DNA of 64,000 nt from an uncultured Candidatus Saccharibacteria bacterium. GTDB taxonomy: Bacteria > Patescibacteriota > Minisyncoccia > Phycocordibacterales > CSBR16-119. Positions 37,631 through 47,710 of this stretch are shown here, in pieces. Below the pieces are notes generated by a model that made no database searches, was not told where the DNA came from, and saw nothing but the letters and a program-made list of their open reading frames with translations. The translations under genes and the position numbers were made by a program. The DNA lies in assembly GCA_964589975.1 (NCBI GenBank), contig CAZPVH010000001.1:100853-164852 (forward strand), written 5' to 3'. Positions within the stretch are counted from its first letter, which is position 1. Each line of letters begins with the position of its first letter.

Positions 37631-37762
37631 TCGGTTTTTTGGTTTTGGTTTTTTTGTTCGGTTCGGAGGAATACTAGGACAAAAAAGGCTTTTAGTCAAA
37701 GCCATGGGTTGCAAAAGGGTAAAAGATATTGTATTCTTTCTGTCCTTCCCCGAATAGGGGAT

Positions 37763-37800
37763 CCCGCCCGTACGAACGGCGCTGTGCACGTTCGGGCGGG
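37763..37800. repeat. GC-rich palindromic element upstream of typA
   Basis: CCCGCCCGTACG-N14-CGTTCGGGCGGG followed by a T tract. Confidence 0.6.
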
Positions 37801-37816
37801 TTTTTAATCAAAACTT

Positions 37817-39598
37817 ATGGAAATCAGGAATATCGCAATTATCGCCCACGTCGACCACGGAAAGACAACGCTCACCGACGCCATCATGCGCCAGACCGGC
37901 ATGGTCAAGGACGAATCTTCGTCTATGGATTCGAACGATCTTGAAAAAGAGCGCGGCATTACCATTTACGCGAAGAATGCCTCGGTTAACTACAAAGGCA
38001 CGAAGATCAATATCGTCGACACTCCGGGCCACGCCGATTTCGGCTCCGAGGTCGAACGCGTTCTTCGATCGATCGATTGCGTTCTCTTGGTTGTTGACGC
38101 TCAGGAGGGTCCCATGCCGCAGACCAGATTTGTTTTGAAGAAGTCCCTAGAAATCGGACACAAACCAATCGTCGTAATAAATAAAATTGATAAGCCGGCC
38201 GCGGACGCAAAGCGCGCTCATGATGAAGTCTTCGAACTTTTCTTTGAGCTTGGCGCGACAGAAGAGCAGCTTAATTTCACGACCGTGTACGCTATTGGTA
38301 AGCAAGGTGTCGCCATGCGTTCAATGGATGATGAGCGGAAAGACATAACTCCGCTCCTCGATGTCGTCCTTGAAACCGTACCAGTCGCAAAGAACGACAC
38401 GACTCTTCCACTAAAAGCCCAGCCTTTTAACCTGGCGTACGACAACTTCTTTGGACGTATGGCTGTGGGACGAATTTACGATGGGGAACTCAAAACCAAT
38501 GCTAATGTTTTCATAAAAAAGCACGACGGAACAATTAGCCAGGGTCGTGTGACGAAGCTTTTCACATTCGAAGGCACAGCTCGAAAAGAGGCCGATGTTG
38601 TCGAAGCCGGAGACATATTCCTTATGGCCGGACTTCCGGACATATACATTGGCGACACCATTTGCATGTCTAAAGACACTGAAGAACTTCCGACGATCAA
38701 AGTCGACGAGCCAACGATCGCGCTTAACTTCTTGGTTAACAGCTCGCCATTCGGCGGACGAGAAGGAAAATTCGTTACGTCCCGCCAGATTCGCGAGCGG
38801 CTACTCAAAGAGCTTGAGATTAACGTGGGACTTCGCGTCGACTTCGAAGGCGATACGATGAAAGTATTCGGCAGAGGCGAGCTTCACGTCGCCATCCTCC
38901 TAGAGAACATGCGCCGCGAAGGCTACGAAATGCAGGTGAGCCAGCCGCAGGTCATCATCAAAGAAGAAAATGGTCAAAAAATGGAACCATTTGAAGAAGT
39001 TACTATTGAAATTCCGGTCGAAGCTCAGGGTGCCGTCATCGACAAGCTCTCCCGCCGAGCTGTTCATGTTACGAACATCAAGCCTGATGGAAATCGTGTA
39101 CGCCTCATGCTTGAAGGTCCGACCCGCGGACTTCTCGGGTACCGAGGCCAGTTTATGGTGGATACGAAAGGCGAAGGAATTTTCGCTTCGCGCGTCATCG
39201 GTTTCAAACCGTACGTTGGCGAAATTGAGAAGCGTCAAGTTGGCTCCATGGTTTCCATGGCGACCGGCAAGGCTCTTGGTTACTCTCTTTGGAATCTCCA
39301 GGATCGAGGCGTTCTATATATCGGTCCTGCAACTGAAGTTTATGAGGGAATGGTCCTTGGTAACACTTCAAAGGGTGAAGAGATGATGGTGAATCCAACC
39401 AAAGGTAAAAATCTCACGAACGTCCGCTCATCCGGAAACGACGAAGCCATCACGCTCATACCGCCGCTCACACTTTCAATTGAACGCGGACTTGAGATCA
39501 TGTCTGATGATGAATTCCTGGAGATCACCCCGAAATCTGTGCGACTTCGAAAACAATTCCTTACAGAAGCCGAGCGATCACGGAATAAAAGACAATAA
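37817..39598 (+). CDS. typA: Translational GTPase TypA/BipA
   Basis: [57 protein letters not shown]. Confidence 0.97.
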   Translation: MEIRNIAIIAHVDHGKTTLTDAIMRQTGMVKDESSSMDSNDLEKERGITIYAKNASVNYKGTKINIVDTPGHADFGSEVERVLRSIDCVLLVVDAQEGPMPQTRFVLKKSLEIGHKPIVVINKIDKPAADAKRAHDEVFELFFELGATEEQLNFTTVYAIGKQGVAMRSMDDERKDITPLLDVVLETVPVAKNDTTLPLKAQPFNLAYDNFFGRMAVGRIYDGELKTNANVFIKKHDGTISQGRVTKLFTFEGTARKEADVVEAGDIFLMAGLPDIYIGDTICMSKDTEELPTIKVDEPTIALNFLVNSSPFGGREGKFVTSRQIRERLLKELEINVGLRVDFEGDTMKVFGRGELHVAILLENMRREGYEMQVSQPQVIIKEENGQKMEPFEEVTIEIPVEAQGAVIDKLSRRAVHVTNIKPDGNRVRLMLEGPTRGLLGYRGQFMVDTKGEGIFASRVIGFKPYVGEIEKRQVGSMVSMATGKALGYSLWNLQDRGVLYIGPATEVYEGMVLGNTSKGEEMMVNPTKGKNLTNVRSSGNDEAITLIPPLTLSIERGLEIMSDDEFLEITPKSVRLRKQFLTEAERSRNKRQ

Positions 39599-39600
39599 TG

Positions 39601-39628
39601 AAAAAGCCCCGCCTTCCGGCGGGGCTTT
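39601..39628. terminator. Bidirectional terminator, AAAGCCCCGC family
   Basis: AAAGCCCCGCC-ttcc-GGCGGGGCTTT. Confidence 0.85.
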
Positions 39629-39639
39629 GCGTTGGTGTG

Positions 39640-39771
39640 TCACTTATCCGTCAAAAGAGCGAGGAAGGCAGTGCCCATCATCCAGATCATCAGGATGATG
39701 ATCTCTGCGTCCGGCGCGCCGGATTGCGCATGCATTTGGAGTGCTTGTTGTATTGCTGTCAGTCCGTACAT
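39640..39771 (-). CDS. Small 43-aa protein with C-terminal hydrophobic helix (below the ORF-track cutoff)
   Basis: MYGLTAIQQALQMHAQSGAPDAEIIILMIWMMGTAFLALLTDK*; TTGACA-16-TATATT at 39790-39817; A/C-rich leader; ends at the typA terminator. Confidence 0.55.
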   Translation of the reverse strand: MYGLTAIQQALQMHAQSGAPDAEIIILMIWMMGTAFLALLTDK

Positions 39772-39857
39772 GTAGTTTTCTTTTGTTGCAATATATAATT
39801 ATTATATATTTTGTCAACCAATCTAGAGTCTCTGCGATACCATGCTAAGATTTAGAA

Positions 39858-40865
39858 ATGCCAAAGAAAAATACCTTCAAGGGAAAAAACGCAATCCTCG
39901 ACTACTTACGTCCGGGCGCGACGGGCCCGACGCCGCTTGTCGAGCTTCCCGCACGCCTCAATCCATTCCTTAAAGATAAAGTTCATATCTACATCAAGCT
40001 CGCTCAGAGCGTGCCGCTCGCTAATATCAAATCTCTGCCGTCGTGGTATATGCTCGAAGGAATCCCGAAAAAAGAATTAAAGAAGATAAAGCATCTCGTC
40101 GAGTACTCTTCGGGAAACACCGTGCTCTCACTCGCCATACTCTCGCGTCATTTCGGTATCCCAAACATGCACGCCATTATCACGCCGGACGTCCCGAAAA
40201 ATAAAAAGAATTTTCTCCGCCTTGTCGGCGCGGAAACTATTATTTCTCATGGACCAGCATCGCCAGACGTCGGCGCAAATGTTGGCGGTATATACGAAGC
40301 AGGCGCACTTGGAAAGAAAGCCGGGTGGTATAACTTGAACCAATATGTGAATACAGATAATCCAAAGGCGTCCGGCTCAATCATTGGCCGAGAGCTTTTC
40401 GATCAGCTTGGAAAAGACCTATCGATCGTTATGACAAGTCTCGGAACCGGTGGAACGGTTGTCGGCACATCAAAGTATCTGAAGAAAAAGAATCCGAAGG
40501 TAAAAGTTTTGACGTCGTACATAAAGAGAGGCTTTTCGATCCCGGGTCCACGTGGGGAAGACGCTGTCCGAAAACTTGCCTTTCCTTGGCCCGAGGCCGT
40601 AGACGGGGAGATGAAAATAGAAACCGTGCCAGCCTTCCGGGAGAGTCTCAAGCTTATTCGAGAAGGCTTCTTTGTTGGGCCATCCACCGGTATGCAGCTC
40701 GCGGCGCTGCTAGAGTTTCTGAAAGAAGAGAGGGGGGCTAAACGTCTAAAAGAGTATCGAGACAAGAGCGGGGAGATAAATATCGCTTTTGTTGCCTGTG
40801 ATACAATGTTTGCATATATCGAAGATTATTTTGAAGTATTAGGAGATAATTTGAACAAGAAATGA
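39858..40865 (+). CDS. PLP-dependent cysteine synthase family protein
   Basis: PTPLVEL, NIKSLP (PLP lysine), EYSSGNT, NQY.N.DN, LGTGGT..G, GPSTG. Confidence 0.85.
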   Translation: MPKKNTFKGKNAILDYLRPGATGPTPLVELPARLNPFLKDKVHIYIKLAQSVPLANIKSLPSWYMLEGIPKKELKKIKHLVEYSSGNTVLSLAILSRHFGIPNMHAIITPDVPKNKKNFLRLVGAETIISHGPASPDVGANVGGIYEAGALGKKAGWYNLNQYVNTDNPKASGSIIGRELFDQLGKDLSIVMTSLGTGGTVVGTSKYLKKKNPKVKVLTSYIKRGFSIPGPRGEDAVRKLAFPWPEAVDGEMKIETVPAFRESLKLIREGFFVGPSTGMQLAALLEFLKEERGAKRLKEYRDKSGEINIAFVACDTMFAYIEDYFEVLGDNLNKK

Positions 40866-41368
40866 AAAAATTCATAATAATATTACTTGTAGTTTTGGCG
40901 GCCTTGGTGATATTCGCTATCGTAAAAACCAACAAGATTAAATACGACGGAGCAGATACTCCGGCGGCCGAAGAAACAGGAGGAGTGTCAGGACAATTCA
41001 TGAAGCTAGGAGAAAACGCGATTGTGGTCCTTGAGCAACGTCTCACGGACAGTGTTTCTATAAATGCGATAAATATGGAAAAAGCCGGCTTTGTTATTAT
41101 TCACCGCGATGAAGGCGGGAAGCCGGGCCCAATCATTGGTGTATCAAAATGGTTCCCGGCTGGTCAGTACGCTGACGAGGATATTGGCACGACAGAAACC
41201 TTGCTTGAGGGAGTAGATTATTATGCGATGCTTCATGTCGACGATGGTAACGGCGTTTTCGATCCAAAGAATGATAAACCGGCCACAAACTTCGCCGGAG
41301 AAATTTGGGGAGTCTTTCAAGCCAGCAAAGATGCTCCAGATCCTAAAGGGGTAGAAATTAATTACTAA
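40862..41368 (+). CDS. Membrane-anchored hypothetical protein
   Basis: N-terminal TM; GFVIIH...PG.IIGVS...YAMLHVDDGNG.FD. Confidence 0.7.
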   Translation: MKKFIIILLVVLAALVIFAIVKTNKIKYDGADTPAAEETGGVSGQFMKLGENAIVVLEQRLTDSVSINAINMEKAGFVIIHRDEGGKPGPIIGVSKWFPAGQYADEDIGTTETLLEGVDYYAMLHVDDGNGVFDPKNDKPATNFAGEIWGVFQASKDAPDPKGVEINY

Positions 41369-41375
41369 ATTTAAT

Positions 41376-42113
41376 ATGCAAATTAAACAAATTTTCGAAA
41401 AACAGAACGCAACAGCCGCCGGAGTTTTGGGCGCGTCGCTTATCGTTATGGCCATAGTCGCTGGAATTTTTCTCTCCAATCTTCGTTCGAGCGGAAACGT
41501 TCTTACATCAACTGGTTCCGCCAAAACCAGCGTGATTTCTGACTCAGCCAAATTTTCCGGCTCGGTGATCGCTTATGGTGCGCAGTTTGAATTGCCGACT
41601 CGCTACAAAGAGATGGAGGCCAGCACAGCCAAGGTCAAAGCTTATCTCTTGGAAAACGGCGTGACCGAAGAAGAGCTTGTGATTTCTCCGATTACTCAGT
41701 TTGAACAGTATGATTATAACAATACCGGTGGACCTAAACAGTTCCAGCTTTCACAAATGATAAGCGTAAACTCGGCTGACGTTGAGAAGGTGACAAAGAT
41801 TTCTAACGGCGTTTCGGCAATCGCCAAGTCTGGTGTCTTATTTCAGACAAATGGCGCGCAGTATTTCTATTCAGATCTAGCGAGCCTTCGCGTTTCGCTC
41901 CTTGGCGAAGCTGTAAAAGACGCCAAAGCTCGAGCGAAGGAGATTGCCAAAGCATCCGGCGGAAATGTAGGAAAGCTTAAATCCGCGACTTCCGGCGTGG
42001 TGCAAGTCTTGGCGCCTAACTCTATTGATACATCTGACTACGGTACATATGACACGACCACTGTTGAGAAAGAAGTCATGGTGACAGTCAGGGCGACATT
42101 CATTATCAGATAA
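41376..42113 (+). CDS. SIMPL (DUF541) domain protein
   Basis: TGSA, L..AVKDAKARA.EIA..SG..VG.L, EKEV.VTV..TF. Confidence 0.85.
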   Translation: MQIKQIFEKQNATAAGVLGASLIVMAIVAGIFLSNLRSSGNVLTSTGSAKTSVISDSAKFSGSVIAYGAQFELPTRYKEMEASTAKVKAYLLENGVTEEELVISPITQFEQYDYNNTGGPKQFQLSQMISVNSADVEKVTKISNGVSAIAKSGVLFQTNGAQYFYSDLASLRVSLLGEAVKDAKARAKEIAKASGGNVGKLKSATSGVVQVLAPNSIDTSDYGTYDTTTVEKEVMVTVRATFIIR

Positions 42114-42130
42114 ATATGCAATTCGATATT

Positions 42131-42595
42131 ATGAAAAACGTAATTATTGTTATTGTTGGCGCGCTAATTGTCTTCTTTATCATTTCAAAAGTTGGTCCCG
42201 AAGCTCCGGCGCCTGTTGTAGAAGAGCCGGGTATTGTTGTGCCGGCAGAGATTGAACTTATGAGTCTGAAAGGAGTAAAAATTTATATAACCGCGCCAAA
42301 AGAGGGCGACGGCGTCACTAGCCCATTGGTGGTGAAAGGCCGTGCGCCGGGAAATTGGTTCTTTGAAGCCAACGCGGGACTTACTCTGACTGACTGGGAC
42401 GGACTTATTATTGCCGAGGGCAATATCATGGCTGACGGCGAGTGGATGACTACAGAATATGTTCCTTTTACCGGAACACTCGCGTTCACTAAGCCAGCCT
42501 ACGGCGAAAGGGGAACGCTCATTCTGAAGAAAGACAATCCTTCGGGCGAGCCGCAATTTGATGATTCCGCTGAACTGACAATCAAATTCCAATAA
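42131..42595 (+). CDS. Membrane-anchored Gmad2-like immunoglobulin-domain protein
   Basis: P..GD.VTSPL.VKGRAPG.WFFEA...L.KDNPSG. Confidence 0.75.
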   Translation: MKNVIIVIVGALIVFFIISKVGPEAPAPVVEEPGIVVPAEIELMSLKGVKIYITAPKEGDGVTSPLVVKGRAPGNWFFEANAGLTLTDWDGLIIAEGNIMADGEWMTTEYVPFTGTLAFTKPAYGERGTLILKKDNPSGEPQFDDSAELTIKFQ

Positions 42596-42596
42596 A

Positions 42597-43112
42597 ATGA
42601 AAGATTTCAGCAAGAAGTATCTAGCTGAGTTCGTTTACGGCGCCACTGATGGCGCCGTTACGACGTTCGCCATCATATCTGGTGTTATGGGCGCCTCACT
42701 TTCCCCGGTTATTGTTTTGATTCTCGGCGTGTCGAATGTTTTAGCCGACGGCTTCTCAATGGCGAGCTCAAATTATCTTTCAGCGAAATCAGAAAAGGCT
42801 GTTGGAAATAGCCACGGCAAAGCCCCGCTCAAAACCGCCGCCATAACCTTCGGTTCATTTGTGCTAGTCGGTCTTGTGCCGCTTCTTCCGTTCATTGGCA
42901 AAGCGCTTTTTAAAAGTATGGATTTTAATGAATTTATGGTTTCCGGGATATTTACAGCCGCAGCTTTCGTCATCATTGGCATTGTCCGCGGAACGGTTAC
43001 GGGCCAGAGTCGGACAAAATCATCTATCGAAACAGTGCTTGTCGGTGGCCTGGCTGCAAGCATAGCTTATTTTGCCGGGTATGCTTTGAAACACTACGCA
43101 GGCTTATCATAG
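42597..43112 (+). CDS. VIT1/CCC1 family Fe/Mn transporter
   Basis: VYGATDGAVTTFAI..G, LG..N.LADGFSMA.SNYLS.KSE. Confidence 0.9.
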   Translation: MKDFSKKYLAEFVYGATDGAVTTFAIISGVMGASLSPVIVLILGVSNVLADGFSMASSNYLSAKSEKAVGNSHGKAPLKTAAITFGSFVLVGLVPLLPFIGKALFKSMDFNEFMVSGIFTAAAFVIIGIVRGTVTGQSRTKSSIETVLVGGLAASIAYFAGYALKHYAGLS

Positions 43113-43165
43113 TCCCCAATTTCTTGTATAATCTTTGATGGATTTAAAAGTTTAATCTTTTTACT

Positions 43166-43717
43166 ATGACAATATTTGGAAAAGTACTCCTTGGACTTAT
43201 ACTCGCGACTGCGGCAGTTCTCATAATCAAAGGCGCTGGCAAGGGAAATGACGAGATAGTTTTGGCTCCAGAGGGTGAGGAAGTTGTAGCTGACACGCCG
43301 GCTCCTGCTGAGCAGGAAGTTGGAACGTTCCAAGGCTCGGCCAAGGATCTGATGGCACGAGGCGGCGATCACAAGTGCACGTTTACTCAGGAGGTGGAAA
43401 ATAGCAAATCAACAGGAACGATTTATATCTCAGGAACCAAGATGCGCGGCGACTTTAATTCAAACGTGTTGGCCGGCGGAACGACAATGGATTTAGAAAG
43501 CCATATGATTTCTGATGGTGCAACCATGTGGACTTGGTCAAACATGATGCCAACGGGCTTCAAGATGGCCGTCGATCAGAGCGCGCAGGCTGGCGGACAG
43601 CAGCAGGGGTTTGACGCAAATGTCGATCTTGAATACACATGCATAAATTGGGCTCCTGATCAGTCGCAGTTTGTAGTACCATCGGCAATCACCTTTACCG
43701 AGTTTAAAGCTCAATAA
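43166..43717 (+). CDS. Membrane-anchored/secreted hypothetical protein
   Basis: N-terminal TM; KCTF...GTIYISG.KMRGDF...HMISDG...WTW...YTC..W.PD.S.F.VP; followed by a terminator. Confidence 0.7.
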   Translation: MTIFGKVLLGLILATAAVLIIKGAGKGNDEIVLAPEGEEVVADTPAPAEQEVGTFQGSAKDLMARGGDHKCTFTQEVENSKSTGTIYISGTKMRGDFNSNVLAGGTTMDLESHMISDGATMWTWSNMMPTGFKMAVDQSAQAGGQQQGFDANVDLEYTCINWAPDQSQFVVPSAITFTEFKAQ

Positions 43718-43723
43718 GTGAGA

Positions 43724-43754
43724 TAGAAAAAGCGCCTAAGAGGCGCTTTTTCTA
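43724..43754. terminator. Intrinsic terminator
   Basis: TAGAAAAAGCGCCT-aag-AGGCGCTTTTTCTA. Confidence 0.8.
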
Positions 43755-43774
43755 TGAATTTTTTGTGCTAAGAT

Positions 43775-45175
43775 ATGGAAACTATGGCTAAATTTAAAGA
43801 ATATCTAAAGACAAATAAGAAGAAATTGCTTATTGGCGGAGGCGTGCTACTCCTCTTGGTAATTATCGTTGCCGGCGGCGGCAAAGGCGATGAAGGAATT
43901 TCAAGATTCACTGTTGAGCGCGGAGACGTGCTAGACACCTTGATCCTCTCGGGCGAGGCGAAGCCTGTCGAGGGCGCAGAGATGGCTTTCTCCACCTCCG
44001 GCATGGTGGAACAGGTCTTCAAACAAGCGGGCGACAAGGTTTTTGTGGGCGAGAAAATTGTCGAGCTTGATAACGCGTCTCTTCGGGCTGATCTTTCCGA
44101 CGCGGTTGCAAACTTAGAGCTCGCGAAAGCCGAGGCCAAGGTTTCTGACGCCGAGCTTGACCAGGATGTGAAAAACGCTTATGCCAAACTCCTCTCGGAC
44201 GATCTGCAGGCATATTCCCGGGATTCAAGCGTAACGCATGAACCGCCGGTTATTTCCGGAAGCTATCAGGGGATGGAGGAGGGAGAGTATCGCGTGACCA
44301 TTGAGTCTTCGAATGATGCCTCTGGCAAATCATTCCGATATTTCGGCATCGAGAATGGCAAATCTCCAGTAGTCTTCTACAAAGCTATTCCGCTTGGAAC
44401 AAAGGGTCTCTTCATAAAATTCACCGAGGGTCAGACTTCTTCGGGCGACACATGGCGAATTTCCATCCCAAATGTTGAGGGAGATTCTTATATTGAAAAC
44501 TACAATGCTTATCAAAGCGCGCTTGCGAGCCGCGACGCCGCAGAAAAAGACAATGTCTCAAAGCAGATTTCAGACGCCCGCATCAAACAAGCGGCCGCCG
44601 GCGTAGCGCGTATCCAAGCTGAGATAAATGAGCGAACACTCAGAGCGCCATTCTCTGGAGTCGTTTCCAAAGTAGATGTAAAGAAGGGCGAGATTGCCGA
44701 GGCAAACGTCATTGTTACCGGAGTTATCACTGACGGTGCTTATGAGGTTGTTGTAGAGGTTCCAGAATCAGATGTTGTCGGCCTTATGCCGGGCATACCG
44801 GCGCCTATTACTCTAGATGCTTACGGTTCGGAAGTGGTTTTCCCAGGAACACTTGTATCAATCGACCCCGCAGAAACTGAAGTCGACGGCGTATCCGTCT
44901 ATCGCGGCAAGGTTTCTTTTGTCGAAGCCGATGAGCGGATTCGCTCAGGCATGACGGCAACGGTCAATATTGCGAAAGCGGAAGCGAAGGATGTGATCCG
45001 TATCCCAGAGCGATACATTGAGCTCGATGACGAAGGAATCTTTGTGAATCTTTTAAAGGATGAAGAAGAAGTTAAAGTAAGCGTTGTTACCGGTCTATAT
45101 GGGAGCGACGGCTATGTTGAGATAAAGGAAGGACTCGCAGAGGGAGACATCATAATTGGGCATTTTGCCGAGTAA
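43775..45175 (+). CDS. Efflux membrane-fusion (HlyD/MacA-like) adaptor
   Basis: SG.V..V....GDKV, LRAPFSGVV, V.VPESDV, RSGMTA.V, GYVEIKEGL.EGD. Confidence 0.88.
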   Translation: METMAKFKEYLKTNKKKLLIGGGVLLLLVIIVAGGGKGDEGISRFTVERGDVLDTLILSGEAKPVEGAEMAFSTSGMVEQVFKQAGDKVFVGEKIVELDNASLRADLSDAVANLELAKAEAKVSDAELDQDVKNAYAKLLSDDLQAYSRDSSVTHEPPVISGSYQGMEEGEYRVTIESSNDASGKSFRYFGIENGKSPVVFYKAIPLGTKGLFIKFTEGQTSSGDTWRISIPNVEGDSYIENYNAYQSALASRDAAEKDNVSKQISDARIKQAAAGVARIQAEINERTLRAPFSGVVSKVDVKKGEIAEANVIVTGVITDGAYEVVVEVPESDVVGLMPGIPAPITLDAYGSEVVFPGTLVSIDPAETEVDGVSVYRGKVSFVEADERIRSGMTATVNIAKAEAKDVIRIPERYIELDDEGIFVNLLKDEEEVKVSVVTGLYGSDGYVEIKEGLAEGDIIIGHFAE

Positions 45176-45181
45176 TATGAG

Positions 45182-45296
45182 TCTCGTTAGAAGTCGCGGT
45201 CGCAGATAAAAAATAAAATATGATAATCAAGGAATACAAAATTAAAAGTATAAATCAAGTATGTTGCGGAACGACCGCGACCTACTTCTAACGGGA
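45182..45296. mobile_element. MITE-like inverted-repeat element, copy 1 (115 bp, TGAG on both sides)
   Basis: TGAG|TCTCGTTAGAAGTCGCGGTCG...CGACCGCGACCTACTTCTAACGGGA|TGAG; homologous to 53031..53142. Confidence 0.75.
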
Positions 45297-46543
45297 TGAG
45301 AGCTGCGCTAAGAGTCGGATTCCTGCTGGGGCTCCGGCAGATAAAAAGAGCCAATATTTGGACGACGGCACTTATCATTTTTATTATGATGCTGACCTTC
45401 TTGAACCTGGTCGGAGTCTCCGGTATTTTGGTTGGCCTTATCGAAGGATCGGTCAAGGCTAACCGCGAACAATACAGCGGAAACGTACTTCTCACTACGC
45501 CAAAAGGCGAAAACTATATTGAAGGCAGCAATAGCGTAATTGCGACACTTCATAATATTCCGGAAGTCCAGAACTTCACGGCAAGGTTCCTTGATTCTGC
45601 AACCATTGAGGCGAATTATCGAAACCGCCGCGATCCGAACGCGCTCCGCGACAGCGTTGGCGCGCAAGTGGCCGGAATTGATCCTGTAGCTGAAAATGAG
45701 GTCGCGAGTTTGGCTAAATACGTGGCCGAAGGAGAATATCTGGAGCCGGGAGATGATCAGTATGTTCTGGTCGGAGCTAATATGATCCAGAGGTATATCT
45801 CAGATTTCGGCGAGGGATTCGATACGCTTGATGATATTTTCCCTGGAACAAAAATCCGTCTTACATCGGGAGACAAGACGCGTGAATACATCGTGAAAGG
45901 TATCGTTGATAGCAAAGTTGACCAGACATCTTTCCGAATATTTATGACCGAAGGTGAATTCGTCCGGTTCTTTGACCGAACGAGCGTGAATGTAAACGAG
46001 ATCGCGGTACTGGCGACGCCGGGGGTTTCGGAAGAGCGCCTCAAAGATATTTTCATCAAAAGCGGTTTCGCTGAAACAGCAAAGGTTCAGACTTCGAACG
46101 AGGCTATTCCGCAATTTTTGACTGACATCAAACTTGCTTTCGGGCTTCTTGGAAACATTATCGGTATGATCGGCATCATTGTCGCTTCCATTACAATCTT
46201 CATCATCATTTTCATTAACGCTGTGACGCGGCGTAAATATATCGGCATTTTGAAAGCGATCGGTATCGAGGCGCGCTCGATCAAGTGGGCATATATTATC
46301 CAGTCAATTTTTTACGCTGTCTCCGGCGCCGTCCTCGGACTCATTGTGCTTTACGGCGTGATGGTCCCGGCCTTTAACGCTCATCCGATAGACTTTCCAT
46401 TCTCTGACGGAATCTTGGTCGCGCCAATCGACAGCGTAATGTTCAAGTTTGCCCTGCTTCTAGTTGTGACTCTAATCGCGGGCTACATTCCGGCGTCGAT
46501 GATTATCAGAAAAAATACCCTGGACTCGATCCTTGGACGATAA
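45296..46543 (+). CDS. ABC transporter permease, FtsX/MacB/LolC family
   Basis: 4-TM topology, large extracellular loop, RRKYIGILKAIG. Confidence 0.9.
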   Translation: MRAALRVGFLLGLRQIKRANIWTTALIIFIMMLTFLNLVGVSGILVGLIEGSVKANREQYSGNVLLTTPKGENYIEGSNSVIATLHNIPEVQNFTARFLDSATIEANYRNRRDPNALRDSVGAQVAGIDPVAENEVASLAKYVAEGEYLEPGDDQYVLVGANMIQRYISDFGEGFDTLDDIFPGTKIRLTSGDKTREYIVKGIVDSKVDQTSFRIFMTEGEFVRFFDRTSVNVNEIAVLATPGVSEERLKDIFIKSGFAETAKVQTSNEAIPQFLTDIKLAFGLLGNIIGMIGIIVASITIFIIIFINAVTRRKYIGILKAIGIEARSIKWAYIIQSIFYAVSGAVLGLIVLYGVMVPAFNAHPIDFPFSDGILVAPIDSVMFKFALLLVVTLIAGYIPASMIIRKNTLDSILGR

Positions 46544-46547
46544 ATAT

Positions 46548-47228
46548 ATGATAATCACTGTAAAAAATCTCACAAAGACGTTCGTAAACGGAAAAATCGA
46601 GACTCATGTCTTGAAGGGAATTGACCTTACGGTTCGAGAAGGCGAATTCTTGGCCATCATGGGCAAATCCGGCGCGGGTAAATCCACGCTCATGTATCAG
46701 ATGAGCCTCCTCGATGAGCCGACGACTGGCGAGCTTATTGTCGACGGACTGGACGTTTTGAAACTAACAAACAAAGAAAAAACCAAATTCCGTTTGGACA
46801 AGCTTGGTTATGTTTTCCAAGACTACGCCCTCATGCCGGAACTCACCGCGAGCGAAAATATCATGGTACCAATCATTATGAAAGGATTTTCGACAGAGGA
46901 TGCGAAGAAGAAGGCCTCTGCCGCACTCGCTGAGGTCGGACTTGCTGGAAAAGAAGAGAACAGGCCATCACAGCTCTCTGGCGGGGAACAACAGCGCGTC
47001 TCCATCGCTAGAGCTATTGCTGAAGATCCAAAGATTCTTTTTGCCGATGAGCCAACGGCAAACCTCGATACTGCTTCCGGCGAGCACATTATTGAAGTTC
47101 TGCGAGACCTAAATAAAAAAGGGCAGACTATCGTTATGGTCACTCATGAAAAAGAATATACGCTCTACTGCGACAGAATCGTTCATCTGGCTGACGGAAA
47201 GATCGTGAGGGAAGAGAAGCTCAAATAA
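46548..47228 (+). CDS. ABC transporter ATP-binding protein, LolD/MacB family
   Basis: GKSGAGKST, LSGGEQQRV.IARA, ILFADEPTANLD, MVTHE. Confidence 0.95.
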   Translation: MIITVKNLTKTFVNGKIETHVLKGIDLTVREGEFLAIMGKSGAGKSTLMYQMSLLDEPTTGELIVDGLDVLKLTNKEKTKFRLDKLGYVFQDYALMPELTASENIMVPIIMKGFSTEDAKKKASAALAEVGLAGKEENRPSQLSGGEQQRVSIARAIAEDPKILFADEPTANLDTASGEHIIEVLRDLNKKGQTIVMVTHEKEYTLYCDRIVHLADGKIVREEKLK

Positions 47229-47318
47229 GTCTTTAAATACAAGCTAAAATTATGTTGACAAATAGTATTAATTATGCTATTGTCTTTCAAAATACAAAAC
47301 ACCCTAAAACCAAAAAAC

Positions 47319-47651
47319 ATGTCTATGTTCTTGCGAGCCATGGGCGGAGTGTCGCGCGAAAGTCTCAGCGAGTCTGCAGGCAGTCCTCCTTCAAAACGAA
47401 AAGAAGTAAAATTCATTCTGAGGATCCCCGATCATTCTACTAGGCTGGAGCTCTCCGAACGCTATGATTTTGACGTTCAGGGCAAAGAGACAGTTGAAGT
47501 TGTAGCTGTGAGTAACGGGATGCAGTGGAACGACATGTCGGGGGAAGAATTTAGCCTGACCGGTTCAGTGAACATGAATGGCACATGGTGTCCATTTGTG
47601 AACCACTTCTACAAAACCGCTCATGGAGGAACGATGACCATAAAATATTGA
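47319..47651 (+). CDS. ORFan (stand-alone unit)
   Basis: TTGACA-17-TATTGT at 47255-47283; leader AAAACACCCTAAAACCAAAAAAC; hairpin 47662-47687. Confidence 0.65.
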   Translation: MSMFLRAMGGVSRESLSESAGSPPSKRKEVKFILRIPDHSTRLELSERYDFDVQGKETVEVVAVSNGMQWNDMSGEEFSLTGSVNMNGTWCPFVNHFYKTAHGGTMTIKY

Positions 47652-47710
47652 ACCAAGAAGTAGCGCCGTCCCACGTGGGGCGGCGTTCCTGTTTTTGGTA
47701 TACTTCTTAA

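Noticed and set aside
33300-37650. Integron cassette array
   Set aside because: Genes are in mixed orientation with their own promoters, the hairpins lack attC RYYYAAC/GTTRRRY ends, and there is no intI.
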